A stretch of 64,000 nt of DNA from Bacteroidales bacterium (lineage in GTDB: Bacteria > Bacteroidota > Bacteroidia > Bacteroidales > JAADJA01), in assembly GCA_047920975.1 (NCBI GenBank), contig JBLRXC010000001.1, positions 12,220 to 76,219 on the forward strand, written 5' to 3'. This document shows positions 45,650-54,062 of the stretch, piece by piece. The stretch's first letter is position 1, and each line of letters opens with the position of its first letter. Both the position numbers and the translations under genes were made by a program. Below the pieces are notes generated by a model. That model saw nothing but the letters and a program-made list of their open reading frames with translations, was not told where the DNA came from and searched no databases.

Positions 45650-46969
45650 ATGGATTATAAAAGGGAATTCAAGATACTGTTCTGGATGATCGCCATTTTT
45701 CTTGGTGTGTTTTTTCTCCCTCTTGACAGCAAGGTCTTCAACACGGCGATTGATGCCACACTTGACCTTTCAAAATGGTATGCACAGGAACATGTGATCC
45801 TCTGTCTGCTACCCGCATTTCTGATTGCCGGGGTCATCTCCGTTTTTGTCAGCCAGGGGTCAGTCATCAAATATTTTGGAGCAAAAGCTAAAAAATGGGT
45901 TGCCTATTCAGTGGCTTCTGTCTCAGGAACAATCCTGGCAGTCTGCTCATGCACGATTTTGCCCCTTTTCTCAAGTATTCACAAGCGTGGTGCAGGATTG
46001 GGCCCGGCCATAGCCTTCTTGTACTCAGGACCTGCCATCAACATCCTGGCTATCATTCTGACGGCCAGAATCCTTGGGTTTGAAATGGGATTGGCAAGGG
46101 TTATCGGAGCCGTTGTATTCGCTGTGCTCACCGGCAGCATCATGGCCATTATCTATCGCAAGGAGGAACGCGCGAAGGCCAAAGAACAGCTTGATTTTCC
46201 GGATGTTCCCGAAACAAGACCTCTATGGCAGACCTCCCTCCACTTTTTTACCCTTGTGCTCATTCTGGTATTTGCAAACTGGGGAAAACCGGAAGCGGGA
46301 GATACAGGAAGTATATGGTATCTTCTATGGGCCAACAAATGGTATATAACCGGAGCTTTTGGCCTGATCCTCGTCTATTCCATGATCAGTATCCTGAAAA
46401 TGAAGGGATGGCAGGTGCTGCTGGGTGCGGTGATCACTATGGTCTCGGCTTTTCTCTTTGGGAACCCCTTGATAACCATGGTGATTGGGATGGCCGCAGT
46501 GAGTACCATTGCACTTATGGATAAGGCCGACCACGGCGAAAACAGGGAGTGGATCATCTCAAGCTGGGATTTTACAAAGCAGATCGTTCCGCTGCTCGCC
46601 ATTGGGGTTGTCATTGCAGGATTTCTGCTTGGCTCAACACATGACGATACCAGCATTCCCGGCGTCATCCCCAATGAATGGGTAGCATGGCTGGTGGGCG
46701 GCAACTCAATTGCAGCAAACTTCTTTGCATCCATTGTCGGAGCCTTCATGTATTTTGCAACCCTGACAGAGGTCCCGATTTTGCAGGGCTTACTGGCTTC
46801 CGGGATGGGAAAGGGGCCTGCACTGGCACTTTTATTGGCCGGACCGTCACTCTCGCTGCCTAACATGCTGGTGATCAGGGGTGTGATCGGAACGCAGAAA
46901 ACACTGGTCTATATTGGGATTGTGGTGGTTTTGTCAACTGTCGCCGGATTAATTTATGGAAGTCTGTAA
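45650..46969 (+). CDS. Permease of the ArsP / YraQ (DUF318) family
   Basis: 439 aa, polytopic, with a vicinal-Cys motif in a TM helix (LAVCSCTILPLF) as in organoarsenical permease ArsP. It is followed by its usual small thioredoxin-like partner. Confidence 0.75.
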   Translation: MDYKREFKILFWMIAIFLGVFFLPLDSKVFNTAIDATLDLSKWYAQEHVILCLLPAFLIAGVISVFVSQGSVIKYFGAKAKKWVAYSVASVSGTILAVCSCTILPLFSSIHKRGAGLGPAIAFLYSGPAINILAIILTARILGFEMGLARVIGAVVFAVLTGSIMAIIYRKEERAKAKEQLDFPDVPETRPLWQTSLHFFTLVLILVFANWGKPEAGDTGSIWYLLWANKWYITGAFGLILVYSMISILKMKGWQVLLGAVITMVSAFLFGNPLITMVIGMAAVSTIALMDKADHGENREWIISSWDFTKQIVPLLAIGVVIAGFLLGSTHDDTSIPGVIPNEWVAWLVGGNSIAANFFASIVGAFMYFATLTEVPILQGLLASGMGKGPALALLLAGPSLSLPNMLVIRGVIGTQKTLVYIGIVVVLSTVAGLIYGSL

Positions 46970-47003
46970 ACATCAAATTCATAAAAAAATGGAAGAAACA
47001 CCC

Positions 47004-47246
47004 ATGCTTGAAATTAAGGTTTTGGGGCCTGGTTGCCCCAATTGCATAAGGCTTGAAATTTTATGCCGTGAGGTTATTTCAGAGAAGAATCTGGAAGCTA
47101 ACCTCACAAAAATTACGGATATAGATGAAAACGGAAAGTATGGTGTTATGCTGACACCCGGCCTGCTTGTGAATGGAAAAACGCTGTTGCAAGGCAAACT
47201 ACCTACTAAGTCAACACTGGAAAGATGGCTCTTAAAAGAGATTTAA
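47004..47246 (+). CDS. Small thioredoxin-fold protein (redox-active disulfide protein 2 / TM0996-like)
   Basis: The ATG at 47004 gives MLEIKVLGPGCPNCIRLE...TPGLLVNGK. An alternative ATG is at 46989. Confidence 0.8.
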   Translation: MLEIKVLGPGCPNCIRLEILCREVISEKNLEANLTKITDIDENGKYGVMLTPGLLVNGKTLLQGKLPTKSTLERWLLKEI

Positions 47247-47339
47247 ATTATGAAAGGTTAAATTTGCACAGATTTCCCGGGAACTGTTTCCAGGTGAAAT
47301 CAGAAAGAACAACAGTCTATTAACTTAATTTTATAAAAA

Positions 47340-47846
47340 ATGAAAACATCCTTAGCTTTAATCACAGTATTTACGCTTTTTTTCCTGTTTTCGTGTAATT
47401 CATCAGACAAAGATCCCAGACGAACACAAAAAGCGCCTCAGGCAAAGCCAAACAAAGAGCAAATCGCTCCGGTGAGTTCAGAACAAGCTCAGCCTGCTGA
47501 GGCTGAAACAGCTGAACAATCTTCAACAGAACAAAACCAGGCAGAGGTAATGCTCAATCCTCCGCATGGCCAACCCTATCACCGGTGCGATATTCCCGTT
47601 GGTGCGCCTCTTAACACTCCTCCGGCAAATGCCGGCAGTCAAACATCCGGCAATTCTGCTGTAAACACAGCAACCCGGACGACAAAGAACCCAACTGCCC
47701 CAACCATTGAAAATGCAATGAAGGTAAATCCTTCGCAGACACAAAATGCGGGGACTGCAGACAAAGGGACCAAACCAAAGCTGAATCCGGCACATGGACA
47801 ACCATACCACCGGTGTGATATCCCGGTGGGTAGTCCACTGCCATAA
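47340..47846 (+). CDS. Lipoprotein with a disordered Q/A/E/T-rich body and two copies of an LNPxHGQPYHRCDIPVGxPL motif
   Basis: 168 aa with lipobox FLFSCNS. Motif copies at residues 72-91 (nt 47553..47612) and 148-167 (nt 47781..47840) are 18/20 identical in protein but differ at most synonymous sites. Confidence 0.7.
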   Translation: MKTSLALITVFTLFFLFSCNSSDKDPRRTQKAPQAKPNKEQIAPVSSEQAQPAEAETAEQSSTEQNQAEVMLNPPHGQPYHRCDIPVGAPLNTPPANAGSQTSGNSAVNTATRTTKNPTAPTIENAMKVNPSQTQNAGTADKGTKPKLNPAHGQPYHRCDIPVGSPLP

Positions 47847-47890
47847 AAATCATTGTGATAGATCCTGTGAAAGTAAATAAAAGTGTTTTT

Positions 47891-48316
47891 ATGAATATTT
47901 TAATTTTATGCACAGGCAATAGTTGCCGCAGTCAAATGGCACACGGTTTTTTGCATAGCTTTGACAAAAACATAACTGTTCGTTCGGCAGGAACGGAACC
48001 CGCCATGCAGGTGAACCATACTGCCGTAAAAGTGATGAAAGAAGTCGGAATTGACATCGGCCATCATACCCCCAAATTGGTTGATCAATACCTGAATGAC
48101 GAGTGGGATTTTGTGATCACCGTTTGCGATCATGCCAATGAAACATGTCCGGTGTTTATGGGAAAAGTCAAACATCGCTTACACATCGGGTTTGAGGACC
48201 CTTCGCTTGCGAAAGGTTCAGATGAATTTATTGTAAGCGAATTCTACAGAATACGGGACCAGATCAGAAATGAATTTTACAAGTTTTACATCCAACAAAT
48301 TAAGCCTCAATTATGA
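47891..48316 (+). CDS. arsC: Arsenate reductase, LMW-PTP / thioredoxin-coupled type
   Basis: The ATG at 47891 gives MNILILCTGNSCRSQMAHGF (CX5R P-loop), plus downstream Cys residues (VCDHANETCP). Confidence 0.9.
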   Translation: MNILILCTGNSCRSQMAHGFLHSFDKNITVRSAGTEPAMQVNHTAVKVMKEVGIDIGHHTPKLVDQYLNDEWDFVITVCDHANETCPVFMGKVKHRLHIGFEDPSLAKGSDEFIVSEFYRIRDQIRNEFYKFYIQQIKPQL

Positions 48317-49122
48317 AAGCAGATGATCTAAAATTTATCGTGAAAGAAAAGTACAGCCAGATTGCCAGGCAGAGCGGACTCCGGAGGGAATCATCCTGCT
48401 GCGGTCCGTCATCCTGCTGTGGAGACCAGGAATTAAGCATGATCGGTGATGAATACCAGAACATTGAAGGCCACATGCCCGATGCCGATTTGGGTTTAGG
48501 ATGCGGAATACCTACACAATTTGCCGGTATCGAAAAGGGACACTATGTGCTGGATCTGGGCAGCGGAGCCGGAAACGACTGTTTTGTGGCACGCGCTATT
48601 GTCGGTGAGACCGGAAAAGTAACCGGACTTGATTTTTCGGATGATATGCTTGAAATGGCACGACAGAATGCCCTGAAACTGGGTTATTCCAATGTTGAGT
48701 TTATAAGGGGCGACATTGAGGATATCCCATTGCCGGATTCAGTTTTTGATGTAGTTGTTTCCAATTGTGTTCTGAACCTGGTTCCGGACAAAAAGAAGGC
48801 CTTTGCTGAGATCATCCGGGTGATCAAACCCGGCGGTCATTTCTGCATTTCGGATGTGGTGGTGAAGGGAGAACTCCCTGAAAAACTGAAAAAGGATGCA
48901 GAGATGTATGCGGGATGTGTTTCCGGAGCATTGCCAATTCAGGAATATCTTGATCTGATCACACTGGCAGGATTCAAGGACCTTCAGGTTCACAAGCAGA
49001 AAAGCATTCATATTCCCAAAGAGATATTGAAGCAATATCTGAAAGAGGATGAATTGGAAAACTATCTGGCTGGAGATTTTGGGATTTTGTCCATCACGGT
49101 CAGTGGCAAAAAAGGAATATAA
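48313..49122 (+). CDS. arsM: Arsenite S-adenosylmethionine methyltransferase
   Basis: 269 aa. Cys pairs SSCCGPSSCCG, SAM motif VLDLGSGAGND, later Cys (FCISD, AGCVSGA). ATGA overlap with arsC. Confidence 0.85.
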   Translation: MKADDLKFIVKEKYSQIARQSGLRRESSCCGPSSCCGDQELSMIGDEYQNIEGHMPDADLGLGCGIPTQFAGIEKGHYVLDLGSGAGNDCFVARAIVGETGKVTGLDFSDDMLEMARQNALKLGYSNVEFIRGDIEDIPLPDSVFDVVVSNCVLNLVPDKKKAFAEIIRVIKPGGHFCISDVVVKGELPEKLKKDAEMYAGCVSGALPIQEYLDLITLAGFKDLQVHKQKSIHIPKEILKQYLKEDELENYLAGDFGILSITVSGKKGI

Positions 49123-49149
49123 TTCAATCAATTTTAAACCGGTTCATTT

Positions 49150-50211
49150 ATGAGCAGTCAATTCAGGAAAGTGGTGATTCCGGATAGACCCAGGAAAACC
49201 ATCGGATTTTTTGAAAAGTACCTCACCCTGTGGGTTGCATTGTGTATCCTTGGCGGTATAGGGATTGGTCTTTTGGCAGGTGATCACATGAATGTGATTA
49301 GCAATATGGAAATAGCCCGGGTGAATATACCTGTTGCCATTCTGATCTGGCTGATGATCTACCCGATGATGCTGCAGGTTGACTTCTCCAGCATCAAACA
49401 AATCGGTAAAAAGCCAAAAGGGGTGGTATTAACGCTTGTTATCAACTGGTTGATCAAACCATTTACAATGGCCTTTTTTGCCTGGATATTTTTCTCAAAG
49501 CTCTATGCCGCCTGGATAGATCCGGCATTGGCCGGTGAATACATTGCGGGCGCCATTATCCTCGGCGCTGCTCCCTGTACGGCTATGGTTTTTGTGTGGT
49601 CGTACCTTACTGATGGTGATCCGAACTATACCCTTGTTCAGGTCTCTGTCAACGACCTGATCATCCTGATTGCGTTTGTCCCGATCGTTGGATTGTTGCT
49701 TGGGATCACCGATGTTACGATCCCTTATGATACACTTGTGGCCAGTGTTGTAATTTTCGTGGTTGTTCCTTTGGTTGCCGGCGTAATTACACAGCAAATC
49801 CTTCTGAAATCGCACGGGGTTGACTGGTTCAAACAGCAGTTTCTTCCCAAACTCAAGCCGGTAAGTATCCTTGCTTTGCTTATTACCCTTGTGCTGCTTT
49901 TTGCGTTCCAGGGACAAAACATCATGAATAATCCGCTCATTATTCTAATGGCAGCCATTCCTTTAGTGATCCAAACCTATTTTATCTTTTTCCTGGCCTG
50001 GTATGGAGGACGGTGGCTAAAACTCCCCCACAATGTTTGCTCGCCGGCGGCCATGATCGGCGCCAGTAACTTTTTTGAACTGGCTGTTGCCGTTGCCATC
50101 GCGCTATTCGGACTGCAATCACCCGCTGCATTGGTAACAGTCGTCGGGGTGCTCGTGGAGGTACCGGTGATGCTGTCGCTGGTGGCGCTGGCGAACCGGT
50201 GGAGATATTAG
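49150..50211 (+). CDS. acr3: ACR3-family arsenite efflux transporter
   Basis: 353 aa, ten-TM BART-superfamily pattern. [23 protein letters not shown]. Confidence 0.9.
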   Translation: MSSQFRKVVIPDRPRKTIGFFEKYLTLWVALCILGGIGIGLLAGDHMNVISNMEIARVNIPVAILIWLMIYPMMLQVDFSSIKQIGKKPKGVVLTLVINWLIKPFTMAFFAWIFFSKLYAAWIDPALAGEYIAGAIILGAAPCTAMVFVWSYLTDGDPNYTLVQVSVNDLIILIAFVPIVGLLLGITDVTIPYDTLVASVVIFVVVPLVAGVITQQILLKSHGVDWFKQQFLPKLKPVSILALLITLVLLFAFQGQNIMNNPLIILMAAIPLVIQTYFIFFLAWYGGRWLKLPHNVCSPAAMIGASNFFELAVAVAIALFGLQSPAALVTVVGVLVEVPVMLSLVALANRWRY

Positions 50212-50255
50212 CGCGTTTCGGCTCACCACTAAGGCAGATTAAATCAGAGGGGAGT

Positions 50256-50282
50256 GGTTAATGGTCAAATTGTTAAATTGCG
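50256..50282. repeat. Low-complexity ttaaat/ttgttaaat element, inverted relative of the 36418 repeat
   Basis: ggttaatggtcaaattgttaaattgcg. Its reverse complement, cgcaatttaacaatttgaccattaacc, resembles 36415..36440. Confidence 0.45.
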
Positions 50283-50405
50283 TATAATATGTCTAAGATA
50301 TTAACCGGAAATTCTTTTAGGTATACGCCATTTAACCGGGGTTCGCGTTAAGATCTTTGACATTCGCGAAAAGTAACGATTCAAAAAATCAGAAAATGAA
50401 ACGAA

Positions 50406-50457
50406 GCATGACTGAAAATTTATTAAGACACACACGACAATGATTATTCAGTCATGC
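50406..50457. promoter_or_regulatory. Perfect 11-bp inverted repeat gcatgactgaa-N30-ttcagtcatgc upstream of the GDCCVxC gene
   Basis: Read directly. The right arm ends 39 nt before the ATG at 50497. Confidence 0.4.
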
Positions 50458-50496
50458 GGAGTTCCATCTGACCATTGAAAATTAAATTATAAACAC

Positions 50497-50691
50497 ATGA
50501 AAATATTTTTATCCACCATCACCTGTCCTCATTGCGGTCACCGAAAAGAAGAACGCATGCCGGAGGAGAGTTGTCAGTTTTATTATGAATGTGAGAAATG
50601 TCATGTCTTGTTAAAACCCAAACCGGGTGATTGTTGCGTGTTCTGCTCGTATGGGTCGGAAAAATGCCCGCCGGAGCAGATGCGTTATTGA
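50497..50691 (+). CDS. Small Cys-rich zinc-ribbon-like protein with a GDCCVFC motif (GDCCVxC family)
   Basis: 64 aa. CPHCGH...CQFYYECEKCH...GDCCVFCSYGSEKCP, ten Cys in total. Confidence 0.7.
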   Translation: MKIFLSTITCPHCGHRKEERMPEESCQFYYECEKCHVLLKPKPGDCCVFCSYGSEKCPPEQMRY

Positions 50692-50833
50692 TTGGCTGTC
50701 CTGTAATAAAGCGTTGGTAAGTATAACACCTTTTTAGTCGGCGATACAAAATTGAGTCAGGCAATTGCATTACTGAGAACTACTATTCCAATGGTTCAAT
50801 TTTAAGCAGAGGCTGCATCTTCTGTGATCGTTT

Positions 50834-51043
50834 TCAGTTTTCTGTAAGTTCTTCCTGATGTATTGATGCCCATTCCACAACAAGTCCCATAGCGCGCGGG
50901 GGCAGTTTGCCATCAATCACAACAAGATCGGAAATTCTTATCTGGGCCTTGAACTCGCTATACAATGCATGAAAATGAGGTGGGGTGTGATCATCATAAT
51001 ACATGAAGATCAGAATGCCAAAAAAACTGCTAATTTGAGGCAT
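50834..51043 (-). CDS. DUF4160 domain protein
   Basis: MPQISSFFGILIFMYYDDHTPPHFHALYSEFKAQI is the characteristic DUF4160 signature. The start at 51043 overlaps the upstream gene by 14 nt. Confidence 0.75.
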   Translation of the reverse strand: MPQISSFFGILIFMYYDDHTPPHFHALYSEFKAQIRISDLVVIDGKLPPRAMGLVVEWASIHQEELTEN

Positions 51044-51317
51044 GGATTTGGTCTTTTTTCTTCCATTCATTGAAAGTCAGTCCCTTGATCTTGAGATAAA
51101 GTGAATCCGGGCACATTTCAATTTCATCATTCCACCTTATGGCAAATGTCTCGCTATGAAGATGAACTTTGTCAAACAGACCTTCGCTATCCCAGGCTGT
51201 AAAAACACCTTTTCCCGCAAGATGCGATAAATCCACATCACCTTTGGTGCCATCTGAATATTCAATATGGATGATGTATTTACCAATAGTTAAAACCCTT
51301 TTAGGAACAGGAAACAT
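51030..51317 (-). CDS. DUF2442 domain protein
   Basis: 95 aa. IHIEYSDGTKGDVDLS...FAIRWNDEIEMCPDSLY, the usual partner of DUF4160. Confidence 0.75.
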   Translation of the reverse strand: MFPVPKRVLTIGKYIIHIEYSDGTKGDVDLSHLAGKGVFTAWDSEGLFDKVHLHSETFAIRWNDEIEMCPDSLYLKIKGLTFNEWKKKDQIHASN

Positions 51318-51466
51318 AATTTAACAATTTTAGCACAAATGTACGATATTATGATGTAAAGCAGGACATCTTTTTAGAAGAAATCACTAAAATTAAACAT
51401 TAAACAATGCGGAGGTTGCCATAAACCGGAGGCCAAAAACTAAAGGCTAAGAATCGATGCGGTGCA

Positions 51467-53572
51467 TTACATCTTAATGAGTTTTCCTGATAACACCTGC
51501 TCTGTGGATATTACCTTTAAAAAATAGACACCATTGGCCAATGAACCCAGTTCAAGCAACGCCTTAGGTTGCAGTGGATCTTCAATGTTGTACTCAAATT
51601 GCACAACCCCGTTGATGTCATAGATTTCAATCCGCTTGTAACCGGGCTTCAGCTCAATTGAAACTGAGGTTCTGAATGGGTTGGGAATCAGATTGATCTG
51701 GTAATCTGATATAAGATCAATACCAAACGGGTCTTTGATGGTAATCCATACTGTATCTGTAACAACACAGGTTCCACTGGTTACTGTTACCCACACTTCT
51801 ATCACACCTGTTCCTGCTTCAGAACCGATGATAAGGATGCTGTTTTCCGTTGAACCATTGAACCATAAATAGGAGTCGTATCCATGCGGGATGGACAAAA
51901 TCAGTGTGTCGCTCAGAAAGAGCGTTGTATCCGGACCCAGGCTGATCTCAAACAGCGGATCAATGGTGACATGTATCGTGTCGTACATCCAGCAGCCATC
52001 ATCGTTTGCACAGGCAAATGTGTAAACTCCTGATTCAGTTACTTTATACCAGTTTTGTTGCATTAAGCTGTCATTCCACTGGTAATATTTGAATCCTTCA
52101 GGAGCGGTAATCACATATTCATCGCAGACTGTTGTATCATTTCCAATAGATATTTCACCGGGGGCATTTCTGATCAGTTTGGCCACAAACCCATCTGAGA
52201 CATTGGGATATTTGGAGGTAATGGTGTCGCTTCCAAAGACTGATGTTCCCTTAAAACCGCCGCCTATTATGAGATTCATGCAATTATCCAGGGCACTGTA
52301 GAAGGTGAACATATTTCCAGAACACTGTGACGCCAGGAAGTTTATTAACTGGCCGTCTGCATTAAATTCCCCTGCCGTAATCTGGTTTTGGCTACCCAGA
52401 TTAAACGTGGTATCGCCTATCTGCACAGCGCTACCGGTTGATCCGACAAAAAGCAGATTGTCCTCATCAGGAAAAATCCGAAAGAAAGAGGCGCCAATCC
52501 CTATCTGATACCAGACAGGCTCCAGTTGAGGTGTAACCCTACCTGCAACCATATAGGTTTCACCGGATGGTACGACGATGGTATCGGTTCCGATCACAGC
52601 TGTATCCTTGATTGAACCTGAAATAAAAATATCTCCCGAACTGCTTGTCTGTGTTTCCCACAACCAGATATTCCAGTCGAACAAAAACCCTTGGAGAAAT
52701 TCGCCGGAGGGATTAAAAATAGTCATGTAGTGCATCAGTTTAACCTCACTCAAATAGGGGTGAATAATGGTATCATTTCCAATGATCAGGTCGCCATAAG
52801 AACGTCCTAAAAAGTAAATCAATCCATTGTCACCGATATAAAATTGCCGGCCACTATTGCCGAGATATGGACATTTGATCTCATTTTTCCATATTAAATT
52901 ACCGTCCAGATCAATTTTAATAACAGAGATCGTATTGGTAATGAAATATTCTGAAGTGTCCTGGCTCAGGTAATTAACATTTCCGGGTGTTTGGTTGAAC
53001 ATGTGAACACTGGAAATATAAATATAGTTGTCTTCTGAAATGACCATCCCATGCAGTTGATCCTGGTTATAACTGGAAATCAGACCACTCCATACCAGGT
53101 CGTATTCGGGCGTCAGCTTTGCGATAAAAATATCCGGCTGGTTTGGATTGGAGTTTGGCGAAATGGTTAAATAGGCATCTTTGATAAAAACTCCCACCCT
53201 GAAAGGAGCTGCAAGATAGATATTCATCAGTGAGTCGGTAACAATTCGCGGATCTTGAATAAAACCATGTGTTAAAAGATCAAGGGCATTGATGAAATTA
53301 CCGCGGCTATCGTATTTTGAAATCGCGCTGTTCGAATTATTCGCGTAGTTGGGGTGTATAAACACAGTGTCCGGGAAGTAAATGGCGCTGTCATACATGG
53401 TCCGGCAATAGGCATGATTGGTGAAATTGGTGTGTAAAGCGCTGGTATATCCGTCCTTTCCGTTTTTTGTACTGGTACTTGCCCATTCCCAATACCACTC
53501 CTGGCATTGAAGCAGGTTGGAATTAAAGCAGTAGCCGGTTGTCAGCAGTGTGATGATGATCCATGTTTTCAT
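51467..53572 (-). CDS. Large secreted beta-rich protein with a T9SS type A C-terminal sorting domain
   Basis: 701 aa with a signal peptide. C-terminus LIPNPFRTSVSIELKPG...IYDINGVV...GVYFLKVISTEQVLSGKLIKM. Confidence 0.7.
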   Translation of the reverse strand: MKTWIIITLLTTGYCFNSNLLQCQEWYWEWASTSTKNGKDGYTSALHTNFTNHAYCRTMYDSAIYFPDTVFIHPNYANNSNSAISKYDSRGNFINALDLLTHGFIQDPRIVTDSLMNIYLAAPFRVGVFIKDAYLTISPNSNPNQPDIFIAKLTPEYDLVWSGLISSYNQDQLHGMVISEDNYIYISSVHMFNQTPGNVNYLSQDTSEYFITNTISVIKIDLDGNLIWKNEIKCPYLGNSGRQFYIGDNGLIYFLGRSYGDLIIGNDTIIHPYLSEVKLMHYMTIFNPSGEFLQGFLFDWNIWLWETQTSSSGDIFISGSIKDTAVIGTDTIVVPSGETYMVAGRVTPQLEPVWYQIGIGASFFRIFPDEDNLLFVGSTGSAVQIGDTTFNLGSQNQITAGEFNADGQLINFLASQCSGNMFTFYSALDNCMNLIIGGGFKGTSVFGSDTITSKYPNVSDGFVAKLIRNAPGEISIGNDTTVCDEYVITAPEGFKYYQWNDSLMQQNWYKVTESGVYTFACANDDGCWMYDTIHVTIDPLFEISLGPDTTLFLSDTLILSIPHGYDSYLWFNGSTENSILIIGSEAGTGVIEVWVTVTSGTCVVTDTVWITIKDPFGIDLISDYQINLIPNPFRTSVSIELKPGYKRIEIYDINGVVQFEYNIEDPLQPKALLELGSLANGVYFLKVISTEQVLSGKLIKM

Positions 53573-53780
53573 GATGTTGGGTATTGGTTTTTTAACTCAT
53601 GTGTCGCACTTTCTTAAATAATTTTATAAATCAAACCTTTATCTATTTCATTGAAAAACACGTAACTAATTATCAGGTGCTTGAAAATTCAATTTTTCAA
53701 AATTAATGAAATTTATATCAATTGGCAATTTCTCCCTAAAGGACTTAACTGCGGAGGGGCTTCTTTTCTACCATAATTTC

Positions 53781-53874
53781 GTCCCTCCGGGACTGTATTC
53801 CAACCACCCTTTACCCAAATGCTAATACCTCATTGCGAGGGAGTTCCGATGGCGATCGGAACGATCGAAGCAAT
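53781..53874. repeat. Cluster of intergenic hairpin repeats
   Basis: gtccc-tcc-gggac at 53781..53793. The block cattgcgagg...gttccgat-ggcg-atcggaac...cgaagcaatc at 53831..53875 contains a perfect 8-bp inner stem at 53843..53862. Confidence 0.6.
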
Positions 53875-54032
53875 CCCAAACTCAAGCAACGGGATCCATG
53901 TTGGGGCATTCCTCCTTTATGCGCTTTACGAACTTGATGCATTAGACGTTCAGGATTGTGAAGGGAGTAGTGACCTTTCTCATCAGGATATTATTTCAGA
54001 TTTTTATCATGGAGATCAATTATTTTTTGTAT

Positions 54033-54040
54033 TAATTTTG
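54033..54040 (+). promoter_or_regulatory. -7 promoter box TAATTTTG
   Basis: TAnnTTTG match 22 nt upstream of the ATG at 54063. Confidence 0.35.
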
Positions 54041-54062
54041 GTAGATCAAACAGAAACAAAAG

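Noticed and set aside
50617-50637. Possible selenocysteine recoding in the GDCCVxC gene
   Set aside because: The motif is encoded ggt gat tgt tgc gtg ttc tgc. There is no in-frame TGA in the ORF and no SECIS-like hairpin immediately downstream.
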